NCBI GenBank assembly: GCA_965222375.1
Contig: CBDCTZ010000012.1
Span: 160,001-224,000 of the forward strand
Length of the DNA stretch: 64,000 nucleotides
Source of the DNA: Polyangiaceae bacterium
GTDB lineage: Bacteria; Myxococcota_A; Polyangia; Polyangiales; Polyangiaceae
Reading direction: 5' to 3'
Position numbers and translations under genes: made by a program. Of the stretch, positions 46,206 through 54,925 are shown in pieces (position 1 is the first letter of the stretch; each line of letters begins with the position of its first letter). The notes below the pieces were generated by a model. That model had not been told where the DNA came from. It was given only the letters and a program-made list of their open reading frames with translations, and made no database searches.

Positions 46206-48125
46206 GTGGCGGAAAGCGCCGACGCTCAGCGTGATGGGGAGGGAGCGCCCAGTAGGGGGTTCGTGATCTCCTTGGTGGCGCTGATCTGTGTTCATCTCGC
46301 CCTGCTGCTGCACTTTGCGCAGCCAAGCGTGATGCTGTCGCGGCAGCCCGTGGTCACGGTGGACTACGCTCTCCACGTCTACCAGATCGACCGCGCCCGC
46401 ACCTCTTTTGCTGAGCACGGCAAGCTGTGGTCCTACGACCCGCTCGTCTTGGCTGGGCAGCCCGCGGGGGTCGTGGAGGACCTGACCAGCAAGGGCACCG
46501 AACTCTTCGTCATCGCTCTCGAGAACCTGGGAGTGCCCTGGGGCCTCGGCTTCAACCTGTTCATCCTCTTGGTGCATCTACTGATGCCCTTATCCGCGTG
46601 GTTGGTGGGCGCACTGCTGCGCCTGAGTCGGTTCCAAACCCTGATGGTGCATGGGCTGTGGCTCTGGTTGTGGTTCTTCGATTCTTTCATGCACTGGTCC
46701 TGGTGGATCGGCATGATCACTTGGTCTTTCGCCAGCTATAGCATCGTGGTCTTCGCTGCCTTGCTCTGGCGCGCGCTCCAGGAGCAGCGGCTCAAGCACC
46801 TGCTCTGGCTTTGTGTGCTCACGCCCACTCTGGCCATAGCGCATCCCTTTGCGGGCATCACTCTGTTGCCCGTTAGTGTTGGGCTCGTTTTGCTGCATCG
46901 GCGCTGTCTGAGTCCCAAGTCCTTTGGGCTGCTGCTTGCTGCCGCGCTGCTCGGTGCTGCCACCGCTCTGGTTTGGGCCCCAGTTACCTCGCGTTTTTCC
47001 CACTACGTGGGCGACGTCGATACCTTCTTCAACGCCACGCTGTCCTTCTTGCTCTACGACAGCTTCGACCTTCTCAAAGATGGTCGCCAGACCGGCGGCC
47101 CAATGCGCGCCGCGGTACGCACCTTGTGTTTTGTTGCCGCGCTCGTGGCGCTGATTGGCTGGAGGCGCAAGAAAGATCCGCGTTTCTACCCCTTCGCGCT
47201 GCTCATCGGTTCGGCGTTGGTGCTTGCCTACGGCTCGGCGTACTTCTGGACCGGCCGGCAGACGCAGCCGTACCGGCACATCGGTCCTGGGATGATGGCC
47301 GCAGCGGTGCCGGCTGGGGTGTTGTTGTGGCGAGTGTTTTCTCCGCGGGCGCTGCGTGGCTATCCCGCTGCGGCCCGAATCGGGTTGCTCTTGGTGGCAG
47401 TGCTCGCGCTGCCGCGCCTGGTGCGCACGGTGCTGCACTACGTCCCCGCGTTGCTGCCGAAGCAAGTGGAGCGCAGCAATTTAGACTTGCTGAGTTCTCC
47501 GCTGGTTGGTCTCAACGAGCCGAAACCCGTAGTGATGCGGCATCACGGCGCCTTGCCGGAGCAGCGCGCCGTGCGGGATTGGTTGGTCGAAAACCACCAG
47601 GGGCGTGGGCGCGTCGTGACGAATGATTGGGTGCTGGGCGAGTACCTGGTTGTCGCAGCCAACGTGCCGGTGCTCGGGGGTATCACCGAGCGTAACGTGC
47701 CCCACGTGGACGCCCACCTCTTCCGGCGGGAGGAGGAAGGCAACATTGGCGCGGCCGCAATGCGAGACTACTTCCGCGACTATGCGGTGGGGTTCGTGAT
47801 CTTGGGTGGCGACCACGGCCCCGTCGACGCGCGACGCGACCTGCTCGAACCGGTCAAGAACGTTCGGGGCTATCGCGTCTACCGCACCCGGGAGCAGCCC
47901 AGCTACTTTGCGACCGGGGCGGGCCAGGTGCGAGAGCAGCGCGTGAACCACATCGGGTTGGACGGCGTGAGCGGCTCGAGCGTCGTGCTCCGCTTCCACT
48001 ATATGGAGACCCTGCGCTGTCGACCCAATTGCGAGCTCAAGCGCGAAGAAGTGCCCGGCGATCGCGTGGGCTTCATTCGCGTGGACGGCCCGCCACCGGA
48101 ATTCGAAATCTACAACGCCTACTGA
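46206..48125 (+). CDS. GT-C-like membrane protein (YfhO/PTPS-related type)
   Basis: TM1 then D...H, WSYDPLVLAGQP (W.P....G.P), many TMs, C-terminal soluble domain. Confidence 0.6.
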   Translation: MAESADAQRDGEGAPSRGFVISLVALICVHLALLLHFAQPSVMLSRQPVVTVDYALHVYQIDRARTSFAEHGKLWSYDPLVLAGQPAGVVEDLTSKGTELFVIALENLGVPWGLGFNLFILLVHLLMPLSAWLVGALLRLSRFQTLMVHGLWLWLWFFDSFMHWSWWIGMITWSFASYSIVVFAALLWRALQEQRLKHLLWLCVLTPTLAIAHPFAGITLLPVSVGLVLLHRRCLSPKSFGLLLAAALLGAATALVWAPVTSRFSHYVGDVDTFFNATLSFLLYDSFDLLKDGRQTGGPMRAAVRTLCFVAALVALIGWRRKKDPRFYPFALLIGSALVLAYGSAYFWTGRQTQPYRHIGPGMMAAAVPAGVLLWRVFSPRALRGYPAAARIGLLLVAVLALPRLVRTVLHYVPALLPKQVERSNLDLLSSPLVGLNEPKPVVMRHHGALPEQRAVRDWLVENHQGRGRVVTNDWVLGEYLVVAANVPVLGGITERNVPHVDAHLFRREEEGNIGAAAMRDYFRDYAVGFVILGGDHGPVDARRDLLEPVKNVRGYRVYRTREQPSYFATGAGQVREQRVNHIGLDGVSGSSVVLRFHYMETLRCRPNCELKREEVPGDRVGFIRVDGPPPEFEIYNAY

Positions 48126-49273
48126 GCTGCAGATCGGGTCGAAACCCGTTTTGCCACTTCCAACAAGCCGCCCCGGTAGCCCCAGCCCAGGATATCCTGG
48201 GTCAGCCGGTGGCGGTCGGCCCCATAGGCGATGACCTGATCCATCGTGACTTGCAGGAGCCGTCGCGACGCCGCAGGTGCTGCAACTCTGCGCGACAGTT
48301 CGGCTCGGTAGCGCAGCGCGTCTGCGCTGGAGAGGCCGCCCCGCTCGCAGGCCCGTGCGGCGTGCTCTCCCGCCAGCACGCCCGAACAGAGCGCGTGCCA
48401 GATCCCTTCCCCGGTGAAGGGATCCACCAGGCACGCCGCGTCACCAGCGCAAAGCAGGCGCGGCCCCGACGGCGGTAGCCCGAAATGTGCAATGGGCAAC
48501 GGCCACGTGCGCGCATGACCGACCACTTCCGCGTCGGCGAACCGCTCAGGGTGGGCGTTCAGAAACTCCGTCATGAGCCCGGAGATATGGCGACCGCACT
48601 GCTTGTAGCAATCCGCGCGCTGGTAGACTCCCACGTTGCTGATGCCGTTCACGGCCGGAAAGCTCCAGCCGTAGCCCCCAGGCAAGAAGCGCTCGAAATA
48701 GTGCTCGCTGGTCGAAGCTGCGCCCTTTGAATCAACGCCGCGCATATACAAGGTGCGTGCGACGGCCAGCGCTTTCGCCTTGGTAGGGTGATAGCCCAGC
48801 GTTTGCCAGGCGACCGAATTCGGCCCATCCGCGGCAATCACGACCCGCGCGCTGAGGGTCCCCGCTGAAGTGTGGGCATGGGCGGTATTGGCAGCGATCT
48901 CGATCGCGGTGACGGCATTGCCCTCTCGAAGCGCTGCGCCGGATCGGACCAGGGCTTGCTTCAAAGCGTTGTCCAAGTCGAGACGGGGCACGATCAGCCC
49001 GACGTCGGAGTAGTCACGCTGGATGCGGGCGCCGTCGGGGAGAATCGCTGCGGCCGTCGTCACCCGCGCGTGGGGGCCCGCAAGGATTGCCTCGAGCGCG
49101 CCCAACTGGCGGCAGAGTTCGACGCCGCGATTGGAGACGGCGTCGCCACAGGTCTTGTTCCTGGGAAAGCGAGCGCGATCGACGACGAGCACCTCGGCGC
49201 CCGTGCGTCGTGCCGTGATACCGGCTGCAGCACCTGCCGGACCGGCTCCGATGACCAAGACGTCCGTGTCCAT
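48119..49273 (-). CDS. Geranylgeranyl reductase family FAD oxidoreductase
   Basis: VIGAGPAG, FPRNKTCGD, PGGYGWSFP, GDAA.LVDPFTGEGI. Confidence 0.9.
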   Translation of the reverse strand: MDTDVLVIGAGPAGAAAGITARRTGAEVLVVDRARFPRNKTCGDAVSNRGVELCRQLGALEAILAGPHARVTTAAAILPDGARIQRDYSDVGLIVPRLDLDNALKQALVRSGAALREGNAVTAIEIAANTAHAHTSAGTLSARVVIAADGPNSVAWQTLGYHPTKAKALAVARTLYMRGVDSKGAASTSEHYFERFLPGGYGWSFPAVNGISNVGVYQRADCYKQCGRHISGLMTEFLNAHPERFADAEVVGHARTWPLPIAHFGLPPSGPRLLCAGDAACLVDPFTGEGIWHALCSGVLAGEHAARACERGGLSSADALRYRAELSRRVAAPAASRRLLQVTMDQVIAYGADRHRLTQDILGWGYRGGLLEVAKRVSTRSAAQ

Positions 49274-49410
49274 CCTGCTTTTTCGCTCCAGCCGCTTGCA
49301 CAGAAGCTAGCAAGCAGACGTGACCGCGTCTTCTTTATCGTTGAAAACCGCGAGCTACCCCGAAATGATGCCCCGGTGACCACCCCGCCCGTGAGCTGCC
49401 AGGAGCTTCG

Positions 49411-50226
49411 TTGTTAGCGGGAGCGCGCATTCTTTGGGAGGTCCTTCTATACCGCCTTCGGCGGCTGGAAATGGCCAATCTGTTTGCGGCTGCATCGCTG
49501 GTGGTCGCACTTCGCCTCCCGCTCGCAGAGGCCGGGATCCGAGTCTTGTTCGCGCTGCTCTTGAACGTGCTCGCCTACACGACCAACGACTATTACGACG
49601 CGGAACGCGACTTGGCGGAGGGACGCGCGCCCGACAAGACTCAGTTCTTGTTGGACCATCGACGCGCCGCCTTCGGCGCGCAGTGGTTTCTCGCAGCCTG
49701 CCTCGGCGCGATTGCCGTCCTGTTCGACCCCGGGCTGCTCGTCGCCGCCGTGCTCGGAGCTGGAACCTGCTGGGCGTATTCCGCATCCTTCAAGGCACGG
49801 CCTGTGCTCGACGTGGTGTCCATGACCGTGTGGGGCGCTGCGATGCCCCTGGCCGCCGTGCCCTTGGATAGTGGGCCCGGGCTGATCCTACTGGGTCAGC
49901 TGGCATTGTTTTCTACCTGCTTCGAATTGCTTCAGGTGCTCCGGGATCGCGAAACGGACGCAGCCGCTGGCACCCGCACCACCGCGGTGCTGCTGGGTGC
50001 ATCGGGTACCGAGCGCATGTTCCGCAGCGCCGCCCTGCTGAGCGCCATCTACGGTCTTGTATTCGTGCACAGCACCTTCGCGCTGCTGCTTCTGCTAGGT
50101 GCGGCGGTTCCCATCCGCAGCAACCCCGAGCGCGGTTGGAACCTGGTGCGCCTGGTCTTCGGGCTTGCCTGGCTAGCGTTCGTGTCGACCCTGTGGCTCA
50201 CGGGTCGGACAGCGGGCGTACTGTGA
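49411..50226 (+). CDS. UbiA-family prenyltransferase
   Basis: NDYYDAERD, AYS..FK..P..D, RDRETDAAAG.RT.AV; start uncertain (TTG 49411 or ATG 49471). Confidence 0.85.
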   Translation: MLAGARILWEVLLYRLRRLEMANLFAAASLVVALRLPLAEAGIRVLFALLLNVLAYTTNDYYDAERDLAEGRAPDKTQFLLDHRRAAFGAQWFLAACLGAIAVLFDPGLLVAAVLGAGTCWAYSASFKARPVLDVVSMTVWGAAMPLAAVPLDSGPGLILLGQLALFSTCFELLQVLRDRETDAAAGTRTTAVLLGASGTERMFRSAALLSAIYGLVFVHSTFALLLLLGAAVPIRSNPERGWNLVRLVFGLAWLAFVSTLWLTGRTAGVL

Positions 50227-51913
50227 TGCTGGCGCCCGGGGCGGGGGGGGTGAAAGGCACGTACTGCCCCCCACGCCACTGCACGAAGACGAACTTGTCG
50301 GATTCCAGGGGCGAGAGGAACCGAAACAAGACCTGACGTGGAGCCCCTCTCGCATCTGTCTGCTCGATTTCTACCCCGGCAACTCCGGTGAACCACTTGT
50401 CACCGACGCGGGTCGGGTGCCGCTCGTCCCGATACAGGCGGTTGAAGGGTCTGTCGAGGAATCCCCCCGGCAGGGAAAGCCGAAGCGCATTCGGGTCGAC
50501 CCGGGTCACCTCCATCGCATCCAAGCTGCCCGACAGACACAGGATGGGCGCTGCGGGAGCCGGTTGCGTCCAGCGCACCTCCCGAAGCAACTTGCAGAAG
50601 TAGAAGTCCGGCGCATTGAGCACGATCAGTCGTTTGCGTTCGGACTGGACCAAGGCGTAGGCGGAGGCGCTCGCGCGGCTGACGTTTGCGTGCAGTTGAG
50701 CCATGGCGAGGGAGCGTTCGGGAAAGTGGACGGGAGCCACCAGGTTATGGGTTGTGATCGATAGGCCCGCCACGATCCGACCCAGGGCCGTCGGATGTGC
50801 CCTGGCTTCCGCAACGACGCTGGCTGCCAGGGCTAGCGCGGCCACGCTGGGCAGCAGCAGCAGACGGTCACTGGGGAATGTCGCAGCCGCTGGCAATAGC
50901 GCGATGACGAGGGCAATACTGAGGGCGACCGCCCGCCTTTTCGGCCAGGTCAACACGGCGAGCAGCAGCAAGGCGATGGCGCCTCCGACTGCGAGCAGCG
51001 CTACTTGGGTCGGACTGGCACCATGCCAGGTGTCGGCGGAGGGAAGTCCGGTGGCTGAGAGCAGCAGCACGCCGGTGCGTTCTGGAAGCTCTGCCAGAAA
51101 TGCGATCGGGGATGCGCGCGGATCCAGATATAGACCGCTGGCCCGAGCGCCGTGGCCCAGATAGACAAAGGCGCTCAGCCACGCTGCACTGACAGCGGCG
51201 TGGGGCAGCAAGGCTCGAAATGCGCCGCGCTTGGCGTCCAGACACCAGGCGTAGGCGAGCAAGAATCCCCAGATCCCCAGCGCGGACTCGCTCGCCAGGA
51301 GGGACAGCCCGAGCGCCGCAGCGGAAAGAAGCTGTGGCCCGACTCGCTTCGACCTTCGCCCCTTGTCGTGTAGCAGCAGGCACAGGGTGACCAGGGCCGT
51401 CCCGACCACGACATGGCGGTTCGATAGCCAGCCTACGGCGTGCCCATGCCCTTCGTCCATCGCCCACCACACGCTGGCCAAACCCGCTGCCCAGGTAGGA
51501 CGAACCCAGCGCCGAAGCACCAAGCCAACGCCGAAGATCGCCAGTGCATACCAGAGTACGCTGTGCACGTGGGCGGCTGCGGGGTTGTGGGTGAATACGC
51601 GGTAGTCCAGCTGGTGAGTCAGGGAGGTGAGTGGGCGCCAAAAGGAAATCCGAAAGTCGTCGTGGGTGATCCAAGGCAGCGAGCCCACGTGCTGGGAGAT
51701 CCGAACGCCACCGCTCACCTCTTCGGCGTCAAAGAGGTTCACGTCCTTTAGGTCGAAAGGCTTCTGGGCGGCGGCGCGGAACAGAAAGTCTTCCGTGGCG
51801 AAACCTGAAGCCACGCTGGGCAGGCTGAGCAGGACGCCCAGAAGTACCGCCACCCACAGGATCTTGCGGGAGCTCGCGAATCGACGGAGACGCTGCGCTC
51901 CACGCCGCATCAT
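50198..51913 (-). CDS. GT-C fold membrane protein, TMTC-like (paralog B')
   Basis: TM1 then TED, WRPLTSL, HVHSVLW, H..AVGWLSNR, ASE; clearly homologous to 44405..46168. Confidence 0.65.
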   Translation of the reverse strand: MMRRGAQRLRRFASSRKILWVAVLLGVLLSLPSVASGFATEDFLFRAAAQKPFDLKDVNLFDAEEVSGGVRISQHVGSLPWITHDDFRISFWRPLTSLTHQLDYRVFTHNPAAAHVHSVLWYALAIFGVGLVLRRWVRPTWAAGLASVWWAMDEGHGHAVGWLSNRHVVVGTALVTLCLLLHDKGRRSKRVGPQLLSAAALGLSLLASESALGIWGFLLAYAWCLDAKRGAFRALLPHAAVSAAWLSAFVYLGHGARASGLYLDPRASPIAFLAELPERTGVLLLSATGLPSADTWHGASPTQVALLAVGGAIALLLLAVLTWPKRRAVALSIALVIALLPAAATFPSDRLLLLPSVAALALAASVVAEARAHPTALGRIVAGLSITTHNLVAPVHFPERSLAMAQLHANVSRASASAYALVQSERKRLIVLNAPDFYFCKLLREVRWTQPAPAAPILCLSGSLDAMEVTRVDPNALRLSLPGGFLDRPFNRLYRDERHPTRVGDKWFTGVAGVEIEQTDARGAPRQVLFRFLSPLESDKFVFVQWRGGQYVPFTPPAPGASITVRPLSDP

Positions 51914-54342
51914 GGCGGGGACTTACGGCTGAGCACGAAAGCGCAGGGCAGCAGCAGCAGGTAGAAGCCGGCGGCGGCGTACAGCAAGAAGGTGAGGCCG
52001 GTGCCCAGGGCGAGGGCGACGGCGCCGCCACTCGCCACCACGCTTCCGACGCCATTCATGCCCCAGAACCAAGGCGTTTGGGGATCGAGATCCGGGCGCG
52101 TCAGGCGCAGCCCCACTGGAAACGCCACGCCGAGACAAGCGCCCAGAACCCCAGACACCCCGACGGCGAATCCCACGCGGGCGGCCGTGGACGCGGCCAC
52201 GAAGGACGCCGACAGGGCTGGCCAGCTCAGCGCCAGAGTGACCAACAGGGCCGCGATTCCGAGGGGAAACGCGTACACCCAAGGCCGTCGATCCAGGGCG
52301 AGTCGATCCGAGGCCAGGGAGCCGAGCCCTGCTGCTGCCACGAGACTGGAGAGCACCACCATCAAACTGAAGCTCGGATGTCCCAAGACCAGGGAGAGCT
52401 TCATCAGGAGCGCGATTTCGGCCAGCATGAAACCCAGGCCGATGGCGGAAAAGTAAATCAAGGCGGCGACGAGGCGACCGCGCGCAGCTTGTCCGGTCGG
52501 CCGGGCCCGACGCAGGAGGGGCAGCACGACCGCCAACACCACCAGCAAGAAGGAAGTGAACAGCGAAGCGGCAAGGGCTTGGGTTGCGACGAGGTTGCCC
52601 ACGATGCTGCCGTGGGTTGCCGGGTTGGAGGGCGCGAGTATCGCCCCTAAACGCACGACGTTGAAGAAGAATGGGCGCTCATCCGTGGTGGGTCGAAAGT
52701 CGAGGGTGGGTTCCAGAGCGCGCCGTTCCAGCTCCTCCCGAGAACCGGCACTCAGCAGCCCCTCGATGCGGGGCACCAGAGCTTTCTTCCCGGGCATCGC
52801 CACGGGTAGGAAGCCCTTCTCTTGGGAGAGAGCTTCGAGCTTCGCCAGATCCGCCGCCGCGAGGGGATCCCGACCCACGATCACCGTGGCCACGGGGCCC
52901 GCGGCAAGCACGGCCATGTGGCTTCGAGGTTGCTGCACCCCTCGGCTCTGCAGGGTCGCGACCACCAGGGAGGTCAAGCGGGCGGTCTCCACGGTGGCCC
53001 AACGACTCACCGACAAGAGTCCGCCGGGCTTGAGGCGATCCAAGAACAGATTGATGGCCTCGATGGTGTACAGACCGTTCTCACTCAAGGCGTGGGCACC
53101 CGCGCCGGTGGCTGCCCAGGTGTCGATGAGCGAGGCCTGAACCAGATCGTAGCGTTCGTTTTTACGTGTCAGATAACTGCGTGCTTCGTCGTGCACGAGC
53201 TCGACCTCGCTTCGCCCCTGGATGCCCGTGGCGGACGCGAGGGGGCCTTGCAGGATCTCGAGCAAGCGGCCGTTGAGCTCGATGCCGACAATGCGCTTGT
53301 GGCCAGCGAGCAAGGCGGCCTGCACGTCTCGGGAGCCGCCGACGCCGATGATGGCGACCTCGCCACCTTTGCGGAGCTGATGTGCCGCATTGGTTACGTC
53401 GCACTCGAGAAAGCGCAGCGCTTCGAGGTTGTCACCGACCAGGTAGATGGGAGTCGCGGCGTGACCGTCGATCTCCATGCCCTGCTGCAAAACCGCGGGG
53501 GGTCGGCAGCGGACCCCGGCGCCCCACATGGCCGCAGGCACTTTTGCCTTGTGCAACAGCTGGACGCGGGAGTGGCTGTTCCACATCTCGCGTTCGATGT
53601 GATCTCGGGACTCCGCGCGACCCTTGATCCAAAGCGGTCGCAGACCTCGATCTATCGCGCCATTGGCCACGGCGAAGAGGGCGAGCATTCCGGCGAAGGT
53701 CAGAGCACGCCTCCGGCTGCGCGCCTGGCCGGCGGCATGGGCGAAGAGGGCCGCGCCCAGGGCCGCAATGGCTCCAACGAAGATGGAGGCGCTCGTGCCG
53801 TCCAGGTACGACAGCAAGAAGACGACCAGGGGTGCGCCCACGGCGGCGCCGAGCAAATCCGCCGCGTACACCCTCCCCGGTGGGAAATGAGTGCGCGTGA
53901 GTGCGGCGGCGACGATACGCCCGGCGAAGAAGAAGGGCAGGGCGATGATGGACGCGAATACGAAGAAGGCCACCAGCGTGGTCAACAGTGCCTCTACCCG
54001 CAGGGGCACGACTAGCAAAAGCGCGGCAGACGCCGCGATGCACAGAGCGAATCGAATGCCGTCCCGGGTCAGAGACAGCCCCAACTTCTCGGGGGCCCAT
54101 GGCTTGGGGCGCAGGTACACGTCCACGGCGCCTGCAGTGAGGCCAAATAGCCCCATTCCAATCACCAAAAAACCAAGTGAGTACCAGGTCAGTACCGACA
54201 GCACTCGGGTGTCCAAGACTTCGAGGGCCAGCATCGCCCCGGTCGTGACGGCAAGGCCTAGCAGGAAGCTGCCCTGCTTCAGGGGCGAAACAGTGGTCGC
54301 AGCACCATCGGCGTGCGAGTCCTGAGAATCGCTGGCTTCCAC
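51910..54342 (-). CDS. Membrane-fused spermidine-synthase-like class I SAM enzyme (paralog A')
   Basis: VYAADLLGAAVG, IGVGGSRD..IELN..DEARSY..ENGLYT, DERPFF, WGMNG; homologous to 41993..44404. Confidence 0.85.
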   Translation of the reverse strand: MEASDSQDSHADGAATTVSPLKQGSFLLGLAVTTGAMLALEVLDTRVLSVLTWYSLGFLVIGMGLFGLTAGAVDVYLRPKPWAPEKLGLSLTRDGIRFALCIAASAALLLVVPLRVEALLTTLVAFFVFASIIALPFFFAGRIVAAALTRTHFPPGRVYAADLLGAAVGAPLVVFLLSYLDGTSASIFVGAIAALGAALFAHAAGQARSRRRALTFAGMLALFAVANGAIDRGLRPLWIKGRAESRDHIEREMWNSHSRVQLLHKAKVPAAMWGAGVRCRPPAVLQQGMEIDGHAATPIYLVGDNLEALRFLECDVTNAAHQLRKGGEVAIIGVGGSRDVQAALLAGHKRIVGIELNGRLLEILQGPLASATGIQGRSEVELVHDEARSYLTRKNERYDLVQASLIDTWAATGAGAHALSENGLYTIEAINLFLDRLKPGGLLSVSRWATVETARLTSLVVATLQSRGVQQPRSHMAVLAAGPVATVIVGRDPLAAADLAKLEALSQEKGFLPVAMPGKKALVPRIEGLLSAGSREELERRALEPTLDFRPTTDERPFFFNVVRLGAILAPSNPATHGSIVGNLVATQALAASLFTSFLLVVLAVVLPLLRRARPTGQAARGRLVAALIYFSAIGLGFMLAEIALLMKLSLVLGHPSFSLMVVLSSLVAAAGLGSLASDRLALDRRPWVYAFPLGIAALLVTLALSWPALSASFVAASTAARVGFAVGVSGVLGACLGVAFPVGLRLTRPDLDPQTPWFWGMNGVGSVVASGGAVALALGTGLTFLLYAAAGFYLLLLPCAFVLSRKSPP

Positions 54343-54384
54343 GTTTGCTTGCCTTGGACAGCTCAGGAGCGGCTGCGGTCGTCG

Positions 54385-54705
54385 CTACCCATCGCTATCA
54401 GAACCATCCGTGGGCGGCGGAGGGTGCGAGTGAGACACGCTCGACTGCCGACTCTGGTAGGCGCGGTTGGATGCCTCTTGATAGATTTCCTTGGCTCGGG
54501 GGGCGTCCGGCGACTTGCGCATGATCTGAATCAAACGCTGCATTGCCGGGCCCGCCGGTAGGCTGCCGTCATGAAGTCCGAGCTTGACGCGTAGCACCTT
54601 GCGTTCCACCGAATCCTCCGCGGCATCACCTAGTGCGGCGCGCGCCCCATCGAAGTCTCCGGCTTCTATCAACTGGTCCACATTATCGAGTTCGCTGGTT
54701 GTCAC
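54385..54705 (-). CDS. Hypothetical helical (TPR-like) protein
   Basis: LIEAGDFDGARAAL; co-oriented upstream of paralog A'. Confidence 0.55.
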   Translation of the reverse strand: MTTSELDNVDQLIEAGDFDGARAALGDAAEDSVERKVLRVKLGLHDGSLPAGPAMQRLIQIMRKSPDAPRAKEIYQEASNRAYQSRQSSVSHSHPPPPTDGSDSDG

Positions 54706-54925
54706 GGCTGAGTGTCGCCTTCCAATGCTCCGGGCGCCTCACAGCGTACGAGGCTTTGTTTCCGCGGCGAAGGGCGGGATGGAGTCGGATCATGTATGTG
54801 CTGGAAACTATTGATAAATTGAACAGGGCTTCCGGTCCCGTTCCAGGCGCGCCCGGGGACGCAATGGGTTCGGAGCTGGCCGCCTCCGTGCTACCGTCCG
54901 GCTTCGACCACTTGGGTAAACCACG

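Noticed and set aside
48119..50226. bchP/bchG photosynthesis genes
   Set aside because: No other bch/puf genes, and the UbiA is short and lacks recognisable chlorophyll-synthase features
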